A stretch of DNA of 64,000 nt, taken from assembly GCA_963733035.1 (NCBI GenBank), contig CAVTBU010000005.1, positions 224,001 through 288,000 of the forward strand. The letters run 5' to 3'. The DNA comes from Pirellulales bacterium (GTDB lineage Bacteria > Planctomycetota > Planctomycetia > Pirellulales > PALSA-1355). A program made the translations under genes and the position numbers. This document shows positions 31,961 through 43,037 of this stretch, piece after piece. The notes below the pieces were generated by a model. The model had not been told where the DNA came from, did no database searches, and was given only the letters and a program-made list of their open reading frames with translations. Each line of letters starts with the position of its first letter. The first letter of the stretch is position 1.

Positions 31961-32847
31961 ACTCGTCGCCGAACCATTCCCAGCCCGAGCGTGGTTCCAA
32001 GCGGTACGACCCGCGGGATCCCAGGCCGCAAATCCTGATGTGCCCGCCGGACTACTACGGAATCGAATACGAAATCAACCCGTGGATGAGCCGACAGAAG
32101 CAACCCGACCACGCGTTGGCCATCAGCCAATGGAGCGAATTGCAAGCGACACTCGAGTCGGTCGGCGCGCGGACCCTGGTGATGCCGCCGGTGCGTGGCT
32201 TGCCCGATATGGTGTTCACGGCAAACGCCGCCATCGTCCATCGCGATCAGGCGGTGTTGGCCCGCTTCCGCTATCCGCAGCGTCAAGGCGAAGAGGCATA
32301 TGACGCGGCGTGGTTGGGCGAGTCGGGTTTTCAGGTGCACCGCTTGCAGGAGGGCGTGTTCTTCGAAGGGGCCGGAGATGCGTTGTTTTGCGGCGATACT
32401 CTGTTCGCCGGCTACCGCATCCGCAGCGACGTGCGCGGCCATCAGCAGATCGGAGAAATGTTTGGCTGCCGAGTGATTCCACTGGAACTGATCGATCCGT
32501 ACTACTATCACCTCGATACGTGCTTCTGCCCACTGGCGCAAGGCGTGGCAGTCTACTATCCTGGGGCCTTTGACACATATGGCCGCAAGGCGATTGAAGA
32601 GCACGTGCCCGAGTTGATCGAAGTGACGCCGTCGGAAGCCCAACGTTTCGCTTGCAATGCCGTGGTGGTGGGACGGACGGTGGTCACCAACACGGGTTGT
32701 CCAAGGCTTCATGAAGTGCTCACCCGGCGACGGTTCACACCGCGAGCCACGCCACTGGACGAATTCGTCAAAGCTGGTGGCAGCGCGAAGTGCCTGACAT
32801 TGCGATTGGACGGTGAAGAAGCGGCGGGCTGGAAGGAACCCCGCTAG
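31957..32847 (+). CDS. Amidinotransferase-superfamily protein, arginine dihydrolase-like (N-terminal module of ArgZ)
   Basis: LMCPPDYY...INPWM, PDMVFTANA, FEGAGD, YHLDTCFCPL, GGSAKCLTL; ATGA overlap with the upstream gene. Confidence 0.9.
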   Translation: MNSSPNHSQPERGSKRYDPRDPRPQILMCPPDYYGIEYEINPWMSRQKQPDHALAISQWSELQATLESVGARTLVMPPVRGLPDMVFTANAAIVHRDQAVLARFRYPQRQGEEAYDAAWLGESGFQVHRLQEGVFFEGAGDALFCGDTLFAGYRIRSDVRGHQQIGEMFGCRVIPLELIDPYYYHLDTCFCPLAQGVAVYYPGAFDTYGRKAIEEHVPELIEVTPSEAQRFACNAVVVGRTVVTNTGCPRLHEVLTRRRFTPRATPLDEFVKAGGSAKCLTLRLDGEEAAGWKEPR

Positions 32848-32862
32848 TCAGGTCATCCCAGC

Positions 32863-32901
32863 AACAGAACGAGGCCGAGAGCCACGCTGACTCCCGACCT
32901 C
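32863..32901 (-). terminator. Hairpin, probable terminator between convergent genes
   Basis: Minus strand GAGGTCGGGAGTC-AGCGT-GGCTCTCGGCCTC forms a 13-bp stem (with G-U pairs) followed by GTTCTGTT. Confidence 0.55.
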
Positions 32902-33020
32902 TTCATGTACCCCCACCCTAACACTACCAACCAACGCGTCCAATCACTCCCGGTGCTTTTGTCTCGTCTCGCTGATCGTTTCAATCGTCCCGACTTCAAT
33001 CAGTTCCTTCGCTGTCGATA

Positions 33021-34402
33021 TTAGTTTGCCTGGCGGACGAAGAACCAACCGTTATTCGCCGTGTAGAACAGCGGTCGATACGGATTCTTCCAACTGTCGC
33101 AGCGGTTGTATCCCGGATACCATACGACGCTAAAGGTCACGTTCCAGGCTTCCTTCGTGTTATTCGAGACGTTGGGATCACTCCGCGGAACCAAGAAATT
33201 GTAGCTGGCCATCAGCCCCATTTTGTTTGAAATTCGCACGGTCGTATCGCTGCCGAAAATCCCATCACCGTAGGCTGTCATGCCGGCCCAGGTTCGGGCG
33301 ACAGTGCCGTTTGGCATCTCGTAACGATAGAAAATATTGTATTGCGAGTTCGCCTGAAAACTGTAGAGTTGGCGGGCTTGTCCAGGGATTTGTCCCCACT
33401 CGTTGCTGGTGTTGCCCTGAAAGGCCCCCCAAAAGCCGACTTCGTGATAGTGGTATTGGTAACTGATTTCAGCCCGCACCTGCGTCAGATCCATCGTAAC
33501 GTAATAGTCGTCGTGCAAGTAATCGAGCACGGCCCCGCCCTGAAACCCGGTACCACACAAAGCGCGACGAAAGACGCCGGTCGTGGCGAACAACTGAGCA
33601 CGCCGGTGACCAAGCGGGCCACTACGTCCGGCAAAGTCGCTGCCGAGGTAGTTGAGACCGATTTGGTAGCCGATGCCACGAGCTTCGAGTAACGGCATGG
33701 CCCAATTCCCGCCGCCGTGATAGCCGAAGTCACCGTTGACCCCTTGATCGACGGGACCTCGGAAACCCTGCTTGCCGAAGTAGACGTGAAAGTTTTCGCA
33801 GTAGGCACCATGGCGTCGCAGGCAAGTGACGTGCTGCCACCAGCGCCGCAACAGGCAGTAGTTGCCGTCGCAATAATCACCGCCCGTGCAGTAACCTTCT
33901 GGAAAATACTCGTTGTGAGGCGACTGCAGGAACGGCTCGTTCATGACTTCCGGTTCGAGCGGTTGGCCCCGGTCATCGTATTGGTCGTATGTACCGAAGT
34001 CGCCATCGACCGGCCCGCCAGGCGGCAATTCATCGGCGAACGGATCGAGTGGCTGTCCTGGCGCAACGGGTTCGGTGGCGATCGCAGGTCGCAGGAAACG
34101 GTTACTTGAGGTTAAGCGAGTGTCGCGAGCGAATTGATCGTCGCGCCGATGATCCGAGACGCGCGGCCCAAGCGGACGCTGCGAAGAGGTTCCGACCTGA
34201 TTGGACGACATCCGGCGCAGTGCCGCATGATCAGGCGACGCCATGCGCGGTGCCGGATCGGCGTCTGCATAGCTAAACTCTGCGCCGCCAGCCCGAGGTT
34301 CGGCTTGGTAGTGGAAGGTTTGGCGCGCGCAGCCTGGCAGAGCATTCCCAGGCAAATCAGAGTACAAGCGCCGGCCAGGCACCTGACGAATTGCAAACGC
34401 AT
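33021..34402 (-). CDS. DUF6666-like planctomycete outer-membrane/exported protein, frameshifted near 34322
   Basis: Signal peptide MRLQFVRCLAGACTLICLGMLCQAARA (ATG 34402) joins QTFHYQAEP of ORF 33021-34445 by adding one base. C-terminal half is aromatic and beta-strand-like: QGFRGPVD, QLFATTGVFRR, YRPLF..ANNG. Confidence 0.7.
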
Positions 34403-34613
34403 CGCGGCCAACCTGTTTTTCGCATGGCTCCCCCCTTGGACCCATGGGGACGCCGACATGGCGCCCACAGACTCACGGCTACTTATCGGAACCGCGCAGT
34501 TGGAACTTCTCACAAAACCAGAAAAGTTCCCCCAAGCCACCGGGCTTTAAAGTGCTGGCAACGCCAGCGGCGCAACCGGGGCATTGTGAACTTCGCCCCT
34601 TGCAGCGGGCCAT

Positions 34614-35762
34614 CTACCTCGCCCGGGCCAGCGCCTGATCCAAGTCGTCGCGCAGGTCTTCGAATGCTTCGAGCCCAACCGACGCGCGAATCAGGCCATC
34701 CGTGATCCCGTTTGCCAGGCGATCTTCGCGCTGATAGCTGGCATGCGACATCGATGCTGGCTGCTCGATCAGCGACTCGACCGCCCCTAGGCTGACGGCC
34801 AGGCTAAACAGCCTCGTCGATTCGACGACTCGCTTGGCTGCCGAAAAGTCTCCGACGATCTCGAAACTCAACATGGCGCCAAACGCCCCGTCCATTTGCC
34901 GCCGGGCGATCTCGTGTCCGGGATGGTCGGGCCGGCCCGGGTAGTTGACCCTGGCGATTCGTGAATCGGCCGCCAGCCAATCAGCAAGTTGGGACGCGAT
35001 ACGAGACTGTTCGCGGATACGCAATTCCAGCGTTTTTAGTCCCCGCGAACAGAGATACGATTCCAAGGGGCCCATGACCGGACCCGTGGCATTCTGCACG
35101 AAGTACAGACGGTCAAAGAGTTCCTTGTCCTTGACGACGAGGGCTCCACCGAGCACGTCACTGTGGCCGCCAATGTATTTGGTGGCCGAGTGCATCACGA
35201 TGTCAGCCCCCAGTTCCAAGGGGCGGGTAAGCGCCGGCGTGGCGAACGTATTGTCCACGGCCAGCAGCGCGCCATGCCGCCGGGCGATCTCGGCGGAGGC
35301 CGCGATGTCGGTGATCGACATCAGCGGGTTCCCAGGCGATTCGATCCATATCAGCTTCGTTTGGGGCGTGATAGCGGCTTCAACCGCTTGCAAATCGCCG
35401 GTACGTACGAGCGCTACTTCAACACCGAATCGATCCAGCACTTTATGCAGTAGCCGGTAGGTGCCACCATAGATGTCGCTACCGGCGACGATGTGGTCGC
35501 CGCTCGAGAGACTCATCACCGCGCAAGTCGTGGCAGCCATGCCCGAGGCAAACGCCAGCGCGTGCTTGCCGCCTTCCAGTGCCGCCAGAGTTTGTTCGAA
35601 TGCCTTGCGGGTCGGATTCCCGCTCCGCGAGTAATCGAACTCCTGTGGTTCGCCGGCCTTTGCCTGCACATATGTGGCGGCAAGGTGAATCGGCCTGACG
35701 ACGGCGCCAGTTTTCGGCTCGGGCTCACTACCGACGTGAATCGCGCGCGTACGAAATTGCAT
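34614..35762 (-). CDS. Cys/Met metabolism PLP enzyme (cystathionine beta/gamma-lyase-like)
   Basis: YSRSGNPT, FASGMAA, ESPGNP, DNTFATP, SATKYIGGHSD, SLGAVESLIE. Confidence 0.92.
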   Translation of the reverse strand: MQFRTRAIHVGSEPEPKTGAVVRPIHLAATYVQAKAGEPQEFDYSRSGNPTRKAFEQTLAALEGGKHALAFASGMAATTCAVMSLSSGDHIVAGSDIYGGTYRLLHKVLDRFGVEVALVRTGDLQAVEAAITPQTKLIWIESPGNPLMSITDIAASAEIARRHGALLAVDNTFATPALTRPLELGADIVMHSATKYIGGHSDVLGGALVVKDKELFDRLYFVQNATGPVMGPLESYLCSRGLKTLELRIREQSRIASQLADWLAADSRIARVNYPGRPDHPGHEIARRQMDGAFGAMLSFEIVGDFSAAKRVVESTRLFSLAVSLGAVESLIEQPASMSHASYQREDRLANGITDGLIRASVGLEAFEDLRDDLDQALARAR

Positions 35763-35822
35763 GAAAACTTCCCGCTTGATTCCTAAACAAAAATTCCGGT
35801 TGGCTCTCGACTGCGTCCGGCG

Positions 35823-37028
35823 CTAGCCGTCGAGCGCCTGCTTGAGATCAGCCACCAGATCCTCGGAATTCTCGATCCCGCAGGAAAGCCGGATCATGTT
35901 GTCGGGAATTCCGAATCGCTTGCGCTCCTCGGGCGGAACCTCATAATAGCTCATCACCAGCGGCTGTTCGATAAGCGACTCGACGCCGCCCAGGCTGGGA
36001 GCGATCCGCGGAATCCTCACCGCGTCGACCACGGCCGCGGTCTGCCGCCAATCGGCGTCCTTGACCAAGAAGGTGACCAGGCCACCGAAGCCGCGCATGG
36101 TACGCTTGGCAACCTCGTAGTATGGGTGCGAAGGGAGTCCCGGATAGTAGACCCGCTCGATGCGCGGATGCGAGTCGAGAAACTCGGCCACGGCCTGACC
36201 GTTGGCATTGTGCCGTTGCATCCGAAGTTCGAAAGTCTTTAAACCCCGCTCGAGCAAGTAGACGTTGTGGGGCCCGTTGACCGCGCCGGTGATACCGCGG
36301 AGTTTCCGCACGGGCTCTAGCTTTTCGCTGGAACCAACGATCACGCCGGCCAGAAGATCGTTGTGTCCACCCAGGTATTTCGTAGCTGAATGCAACACAT
36401 AGTCGATGCCGGCGGCGATCGGCTGCACGTTATAAGGCGTGCCGAGCGTGGCGTCGATAAGCGTTTCCACCCCGTGCTTTTCACCTAATGCGGCGAAGCG
36501 TTCCAGATCGACCACGCTCAAATGCGGATTGGTCGGCGATTCACTCACGAGCAACCGGGTTTTTTTGTTGATGGCGGCTTCCATCGCGGCATAGTCGCCG
36601 GCCGGTACCTCGCGGGTTTTCACGCCGAACCGCGAGAGATGCTTGGAACAGAATTCGCGCGTGCGGTGGTAACACTCGTTGAAGAAGACGACTTCGTCGC
36701 CGGCGTTGAGCTTGGCCAATAACAAGCCCACCACGGCTGCCATGCCGCTTGAGAATAACACGGCTACTTCTCCCCCTTCCAGCGCGGCCAGTTTGCGTTC
36801 GACAACGCGTTCGCTGGGGTTGCCGTAGCGACCGTACTCCTCGCGCGGCTCCTTTTGCTCGATGAATTGAATCACCGCAGCCGTGCTGGGAAAGGTAAAG
36901 GTCGAGGCGCAAAAAATCGGGTCAGTAATCGAGTGGGCAACTTTCTGACGATCTTCGCCGGCGTGTACTGCCAAGGTGGAGCCACCGGCTGGATCGCATG
37001 CAAGTGTCTGTTGGTCTTTTTCGCTCAT
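35823..37028 (-). CDS. metB: Cystathionine gamma-synthase, plant-like type
   Basis: YGRYGNP, ESPTNP, DATLGTP, SATKYLGGHND, IAPSLGGVESLIEQP..MSYY; start ATG 37028. Confidence 0.8.
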   Translation of the reverse strand: MSEKDQQTLACDPAGGSTLAVHAGEDRQKVAHSITDPIFCASTFTFPSTAAVIQFIEQKEPREEYGRYGNPSERVVERKLAALEGGEVAVLFSSGMAAVVGLLLAKLNAGDEVVFFNECYHRTREFCSKHLSRFGVKTREVPAGDYAAMEAAINKKTRLLVSESPTNPHLSVVDLERFAALGEKHGVETLIDATLGTPYNVQPIAAGIDYVLHSATKYLGGHNDLLAGVIVGSSEKLEPVRKLRGITGAVNGPHNVYLLERGLKTFELRMQRHNANGQAVAEFLDSHPRIERVYYPGLPSHPYYEVAKRTMRGFGGLVTFLVKDADWRQTAAVVDAVRIPRIAPSLGGVESLIEQPLVMSYYEVPPEERKRFGIPDNMIRLSCGIENSEDLVADLKQALDG

Positions 37029-37169
37029 GGCGCCTGAAGGTGCCTTTCTGAAACGGACGGTTCGCGCAAAACGGACACGAGACCCACGCGCCGACACGAC
37101 GTGGCGAAGGAAACCTCGCCGCAACCAGACCAACCGCGACCTCACACGCAGCGGGCGAACAGGTCGGGC

Positions 37170-37208
37170 AACAAAAAAGCCGCGACCCTGCCCCACGCAG
37201 TCGCGGCT
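37170..37208 (-). terminator. Intrinsic terminator in the 5' leader of the met operon (attenuator)
   Basis: Minus strand AGCCGCGAC-N13-GTCGCGGCT followed by TTTTTGTT, about 140 nt upstream of the metB ATG; the next gene upstream is divergent. Confidence 0.75.
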
Positions 37209-37473
37209 CACTTGTTCAAAGTTGAGATCGTCCTACCGATGGATATCGGCGAGGGCGATGGCACTTTAGCAGTCAGGCTGCAAGCGGCCGCAAATCCCAG
37301 GCGGTATTCTATCGTCTCTGGCCGAACACCGCAAGCTGCGCGTGGGTGCGGACGCCGCAGACCGTGTGAATAGCCGAGGACGGCCAAGCCGAACTGGACT
37401 CCCGGAACTCCTCGCCAGTACAATAGAGGTAATGGCTCCAGGCTTTCAGGCGGCCTGAGGGAGGCTTCTGTCG

Positions 37474-38646
37474 ATGCAATTTCGAGGAACATTCGGTCTC
37501 GCGGCGGTCGCCGTTTTCTTTCTGGGCAATTCTCCAGCCCTTGGCGGTAATCCACCGCCAGTAGCCCAGGCGGTTCCGCCGGCGGTCTCACCCCAAATGA
37601 TCGACTCCCTCGTACGCGACCTTGGCTCCGGCAAGTTCTCCACCCGCGAGCAGGCCACTCGCAATTTGATCCATCTGGGAATTGCGACTCATGACGCCCT
37701 TGAGCGAGCGTTAAAATCGCCCGATGCCGAGGTGCGTCTGCGTGCCCGTTCCATTTTGACAACGGTCATCGAGTCAGATTTTCAACAGCGGCTGGAAGCT
37801 TTTGCCGCCGACTTCGACGGCAGCCAGAGCACGGCCTTACCGGGTTGGGAACGGTTCTCGGCCGAATTCGGCAACAGCCGCCTAGCGCGGCAGTTGTTCG
37901 TCGAAATGCAGCGTGCCGAACCAGACCTGCTCGAAGCGTTCGCCGAAAGTCCGCTGGCGGGCAGCGCGGCCATCAACGAGCGAACTCGCCAGATCCTCGA
38001 CGGCCAGCGTGAGTCGCTGATGCACCTGGGAACGTTGGCCAGCCTGCTGTTTGTTGCCGGAGCCGACGACATCCGAGTGGACGAGGACGGTTGTCTACAC
38101 ATCTTTCCATTCGTTGTGCAGTCGACTTACCACCGCAACCACAACTCACCCGAATGGCCGACGATCCTGAAGAAACTGGTTGGGCGGTGGATTGCCAAGG
38201 ACACGACCCCGTCGATGACCAATCAGAATCTCACGCTTGCCGCACAGCTCGAGTTGAAAGATGAAACGCTCGCGATCGCGACCCGTGTGCTGGGCGAAAA
38301 GGAGAGCGCGTTGGCCTCGCGGCAGATTTCGATCCTGATGATCGGGCGTTTTGGCGACCGCGACGACCTGGGACGCATCGAGCCGCTGTTGGAAGACTCC
38401 ACCAGTTGTGGCATGGTGCAGATTGACGATCCGCCACGCCAGGTGGAACTGCAGATCCGTGACATCGCGCTGGCCGCCATGCTCCACATGACCGGCCAGG
38501 ATCTACGCGAATATGGCTACCGCAACGTGCAGGAGTTTGGCCCCACGGTGTTTCAAATCGGTACGCTGGGCTTCAGCGATGCCGAGGCTCGCGACGCGGC
38601 ACTCAAGAAGTGGACCGCCTGGCGAACGGCGCATCCCGCGTCCTGA
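37474..38646 (+). CDS. Exported HEAT/alpha-solenoid hypothetical protein
   Basis: Signal peptide; LVRDLGS..F..REQAT..L...SPDAEVRLRA; QIRDIALAAMLHMTGQD. Confidence 0.8.
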   Translation: MQFRGTFGLAAVAVFFLGNSPALGGNPPPVAQAVPPAVSPQMIDSLVRDLGSGKFSTREQATRNLIHLGIATHDALERALKSPDAEVRLRARSILTTVIESDFQQRLEAFAADFDGSQSTALPGWERFSAEFGNSRLARQLFVEMQRAEPDLLEAFAESPLAGSAAINERTRQILDGQRESLMHLGTLASLLFVAGADDIRVDEDGCLHIFPFVVQSTYHRNHNSPEWPTILKKLVGRWIAKDTTPSMTNQNLTLAAQLELKDETLAIATRVLGEKESALASRQISILMIGRFGDRDDLGRIEPLLEDSTSCGMVQIDDPPRQVELQIRDIALAAMLHMTGQDLREYGYRNVQEFGPTVFQIGTLGFSDAEARDAALKKWTAWRTAHPAS

Positions 38647-38831
38647 ACCGTTCGACGAACGTGGCTACCAGGCTTGCTAGCAGCCGGCGCGGCAATCGCA
38701 TTGCCGAACTCGCTGGACATCGTAGTTTCTCTTGACGCACCGGTCGATTTCTCCGACCATTCCGCCCCTGCCCTAACGTTCCCACCGCGGCAACTGGGCC
38801 GCGCGAAGGTCCCCGCAATAGGTTCCACACC

Positions 38832-39462
38832 ATGACGTTCGAATATTCGTCACGCTGCCGTGATTCGGTTCTGCTATTCGTCATTGCCATCACCATTTTC
38901 GCCAGCGGCTGCAACTCGCCCTATCGTTCGGATCAGGGCGCTCTGGTCGGCGGATTGACCGGAGCCGGGCTGGGTGCCCTTGTCGGAAACGCGGTGGGCA
39001 ACACCGGGGCTGGCGCGGCCGTGGGTGCGGGGGTTGGAGGCGCTCAGCGGCGCTGCGGTCGGCGGCAGTCTCGATGAGATTGAAGCTCGCAACCGCGCGG
39101 AAATCGAAGCTCGCCTGGGACGTCCGGTCGCTGGCGCGGTCTCGATCAACGACGTCGTGGCGATGACCCGCGCCGGTGTTTCGGAAGAGGTGATGATAAC
39201 GCACATCCAAACACATGGCATGGCCGCGCCGCTGCAAGCTCCGGACCTGATTCTGCTGCAACAACAAGGCATCAGTCCACGAGTCGTACAAGCCATGCAG
39301 GCGCCGCCGCCGGCAGCAGCATCTGCGGCCTACGGGGCGCCCGTTTTAGTGGAACAGCCCTACATTGTGCCGGCGCCGATGTATTATCCTCCGCCGTATT
39401 ACTACCGACCCTATCCACGACGCGGCTTCGGTTGGGGTGTTGGCTTCGGCGGACCGCTGTAA
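38832..39462 (+). CDS. Glycine-zipper lipoprotein, frameshifted near 39040
   Basis: Lipobox ASGC and GALVGGLTGAGLGALVG; removing one G at 39039-39040 gives GVGALSGAAVGGSLDEIEARN; Pro/Tyr-rich tail. Confidence 0.8.
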
Positions 39463-39715
39463 TCGTCCCTTGAAAACTGCCAACGCGGCCTACGTCAATC
39501 AGGCCCGTGCAACTCTCTGCAGGAAAACGAAGAACTACGCCCCGCGCGGCCATTTCGCCATTGCATCCATGCGACGGAACCGCAGGCCGAATTCTTCAAG
39601 GCGCCGAGCGGTTGTGACCATCTCGGCATGTGGCTAGCATGAATGTGTGACTGGTCGTCGCCGTGCGTCACGGTCGCTCCGCGCACTTACATGCCCTGTT
39701 TGCGAGTTCTTGCCG

Positions 39716-42700
39716 ATGCCACGTTCGCTCTTTAGTTTCGTCTTGGGATCGTTCATTGCGCTCGCCAGTGCACACGGCGAAGACCTTGGCGTGCGCGTGC
39801 CCGAGGGATTTGACGTCGCGCTCTATGCCGACGACACCTTGGCCCACGACATCTATTGCATGACGGTCGACGCCCACGGTCGCGTGGTGGTGGCCGGCGC
39901 TGGTTACGTCAAGATCTTGCACGATTCTGACGGCGACGGACGAGCTGACCGCAGCACGCTCTACTCAGAATTGCCTGAGAGCGGCGCGCACGGGATGTAC
40001 TTCGACGGCCCCGATCTAATCTGTACCGGCGACAACGGCCTGCTGCGAATGCGCGACCAGGATGACAACGGTGTCGCTGACGGTCCGCCTGAAGTTTGGG
40101 CCCGCCTGCGTCATCCCGAGCACGGCGCCAACGGCGTCATCCGCGGGCCGGACGGCTGCTACTACCTGATCTGCGGCAACGACGCCGGGATTTCAACCGA
40201 GCACGTCGCCACCGCGACTTCCCCGGTGAAACATCCGCGCTCTGGCGGCGTGGTTCGATTCTCGGCCGAGGGGCAAGTGCTCGACGTCTACGCGCACGGT
40301 TTCCGCAATCCCTACGACCTCGACATCGACGCCCAAGGGCACGTGCTGACGGTCGACTCGGACGGCGAGCGCGATCATCACCTGCCGTGGTACGCTCCGA
40401 CTCGGCTATTCGACGTGGCGCAGGGCCAGGAGCACGGTTGGCTGCTCAAAGGCTGGACCCAGTCATGGAACCGGCCCGAATCGTTCTTCGACAACGTTGA
40501 ACGTGCCGCCGAAATCGGCCGCGGCTCGCCTACCGGCTTGGCCGTGTACCGTCATCGACAGTTCCCGGAACACTATCATGGCGGCGTGTTTTCCGCGTGC
40601 TGGACGTTCGGCCGCGTATATTACTTTCCGTTGCAGGCTGACGGGGCCTCGTGTGGTGCATCGCTTGAAACGTTCATGGAAACGACGGGCGACGTCGGAT
40701 TCGCGCCGTGCGATCTGGCGGTTGGGCCCGACGGAGACCTGTTCGTCGCCATCGGTGGCCGGCGCACGCGGGGCAGCGTGTTTCGCGTGAGCTATCGGGG
40801 CAGCAAAGTCGAGCCGACGAGCGGCGATCCGTTAACGGGTGTACTAACGGCCGATCAGCCGCTGTCGAGTTGGTCGCGGAATCACTGGGTGCCAGCCGCG
40901 CACGAACTGGGCTACGACGCGTTCGCCGAAGCCCTCTGCGATGAGCAATTGCAAAGCGCATCGCGCATGCGCGCCGCCGAAGTTCTGGTGGAGGTCTACG
41001 GCGGGCTCGATCCTCAAACGGCGGCGACTGCCGCCGGTGCGAAAGACGACTGGGTGCGAGCCAGAGTCGCTTGGGCGATCGGGAGGGGGCCGTTTTCGGC
41101 CAACATGGCACAGTTGGTGGCGGGACTGACCGACGACGAATCGCCCTGGGCACAACGCGCAGCCTGGGAAACGCTGGCAACATTTCCGAAGATCGCCCCC
41201 GATTGGACGACTCAGCCCGCCTGGGCTCGCGGCTTGAATCAACCGTTACGCCGCATTCGGGCAGCGGCGATCGACGTCGCGCGTGGCGTGGGCGCGGCGA
41301 GCTATCAGGAGTTTGCCTCTCGTATACGAATCGGTTCCGATGCGACACGCTTGCGACTAGCCGAGCTTTGGATAGGCCTTTCCAAAGGCGCCGAAATTAC
41401 GTTGCCGTCGTTTGAAGCGGACCAACTGACGTTCTGTGCAAATGTCGTTGCCGATCCGCAGGCGGAATTGCCGCTTCGACTCGAAGCCGTGCGGCTATTG
41501 CAAATCCGCTTGGGGGACGTCCGCTTGCCGGATGGTCAGGCTGAAGTCTATGGTGGTTATGTCGCCAATGCGGCCAACGCACTCGCTTCATCCCATCACC
41601 ACAGGTTGGTCGCTCGCGTAGCTGGGACATTTCCCAGTGGCGAAGCCGAACTGGACCGGGAATTGGCCCGGCTCCTCGGCATGCTGGCCGCCGAACAGGA
41701 CGGGCTACTTCCGGCGATCGCCGCGAAGTGGACGACCGACAGCTCGGTGGAAGACGACGTGCACTATCTGATCGTCGCGTCGCTCCTTCCCGACCATCGC
41801 GACAGGGCATTTACAGACGCCACGACAAACTGCCTGCTGAGCCTGAATTCGAAGCTCGCGGCGGCCGGACAATTTGCAAGCCGCAATTGGCCGTTTCGCG
41901 TCGCCGAAACATTCGAGCGACTCTGTCGTCGCGATCCGCTGCTCGCGCAAAGTGTGGCTACCAGCAAACGATTGAATAACGTCGAACATGCTCTGTTCAT
42001 CGAGGACCTGCCGCCGGAAATTCGGGACGCCGCGACTCGCACGTTGTGGGCCGCCACGCTTCAGGCACAGCGCGAACCGACTGCGGAAATGGTTGCCCTC
42101 GCCGGACGCCTGTCAGACGACGAAGCGGCCGCGCTATTGCGACCACAGTGGGAACTCGGCGCCTGCGCGACTCGATCATTCTAGTGCTGGCCAAGAATCC
42201 TCAAGCGGCCGATCGAGAGAAGTTCATCGCGTCGCTCGCGTCACCCCAGCCAGCAGTGGTCGAGCAAGTGGCCCACGCGCTGGTTGCGCTGGGCATCCGG
42301 AACACTCCCGAGGAAATGGCCGCGGCGCTTCGTGCCCTGAAGCAGTCCTGTTCGCTCGACAAGCAAATGGAACCGCGGACTTCCTTGATACGACTACTGG
42401 AATTCTGGACCGAGGACGGCGCTGATGTGGATTGGGATCCAGATCCTGCCCGGCTTTGGCAGGGCTGGTATCAGTTATTTGCCGAGTATTATCCGGCCGA
42501 GTACGCCAACTTGAATGCCACCAGCGGAACCGACGTCACCAGTTGGCGGAAGCGATTGGCGGCGGTTGATTGGGGTTCTGGCGACGTTCGCGCCGGCCGC
42601 CGCGTGTTTGAGCTTCGCTCCTGCCATCGCTGTCACCAGGTGAGCGGCCACTTGGGACCCGAACTGCGAGGCGCGGTGTCGCGAATGTCGCGCGACGATC

Positions 42701-42987
42701 TCTTCACAGCCATCATTGATCCCAATCTCGAAGTCTCACCTGCCTACTTCACCACGCTTATCGCCACAAAGTCCGGACAGGTGTATCATGGGCTTGTTGT
42801 CTACGAATCGCCCGAAAGCACGTTGCTGCAAACGGGGCCGGATATCACGGTCCGGATCACCAACACGGAAACCGAATCGATGCGTCCCAGCAACCAGTCA
42901 TTGATGCCAACGGGCCTGTTGGACTCGCTCTCCGACGAACAATTGGCCGACTTGCATGCCTATTTAAAATCGCTGGCGACGGATTGA
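39716..42987 (+). CDS. PVC-type membrane-bound dehydrogenase-like protein with heme CxxCH, frameshifted near 42160
   Basis: VPEGFDV, HGANG..GPDG, GFRNPYD propeller, HEAT repeats, GRRVF...CHRCH...GPEL...IIDP...SLMPTGL. Frames join as WELG(G/A)LRDSII. Confidence 0.85.
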
Positions 42988-43037
42988 GCGACTCCGGGTG
43001 AGAATCCTCTCCCCCAATAAACGGGTGGAACCCAATC

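Noticed and set aside
37262..37300. Canonical SAM-II riboswitch
   Set aside because: Some consensus words are present, but the P1 stem and the pseudoknot partner strand are not; kept only within the attenuator finding.
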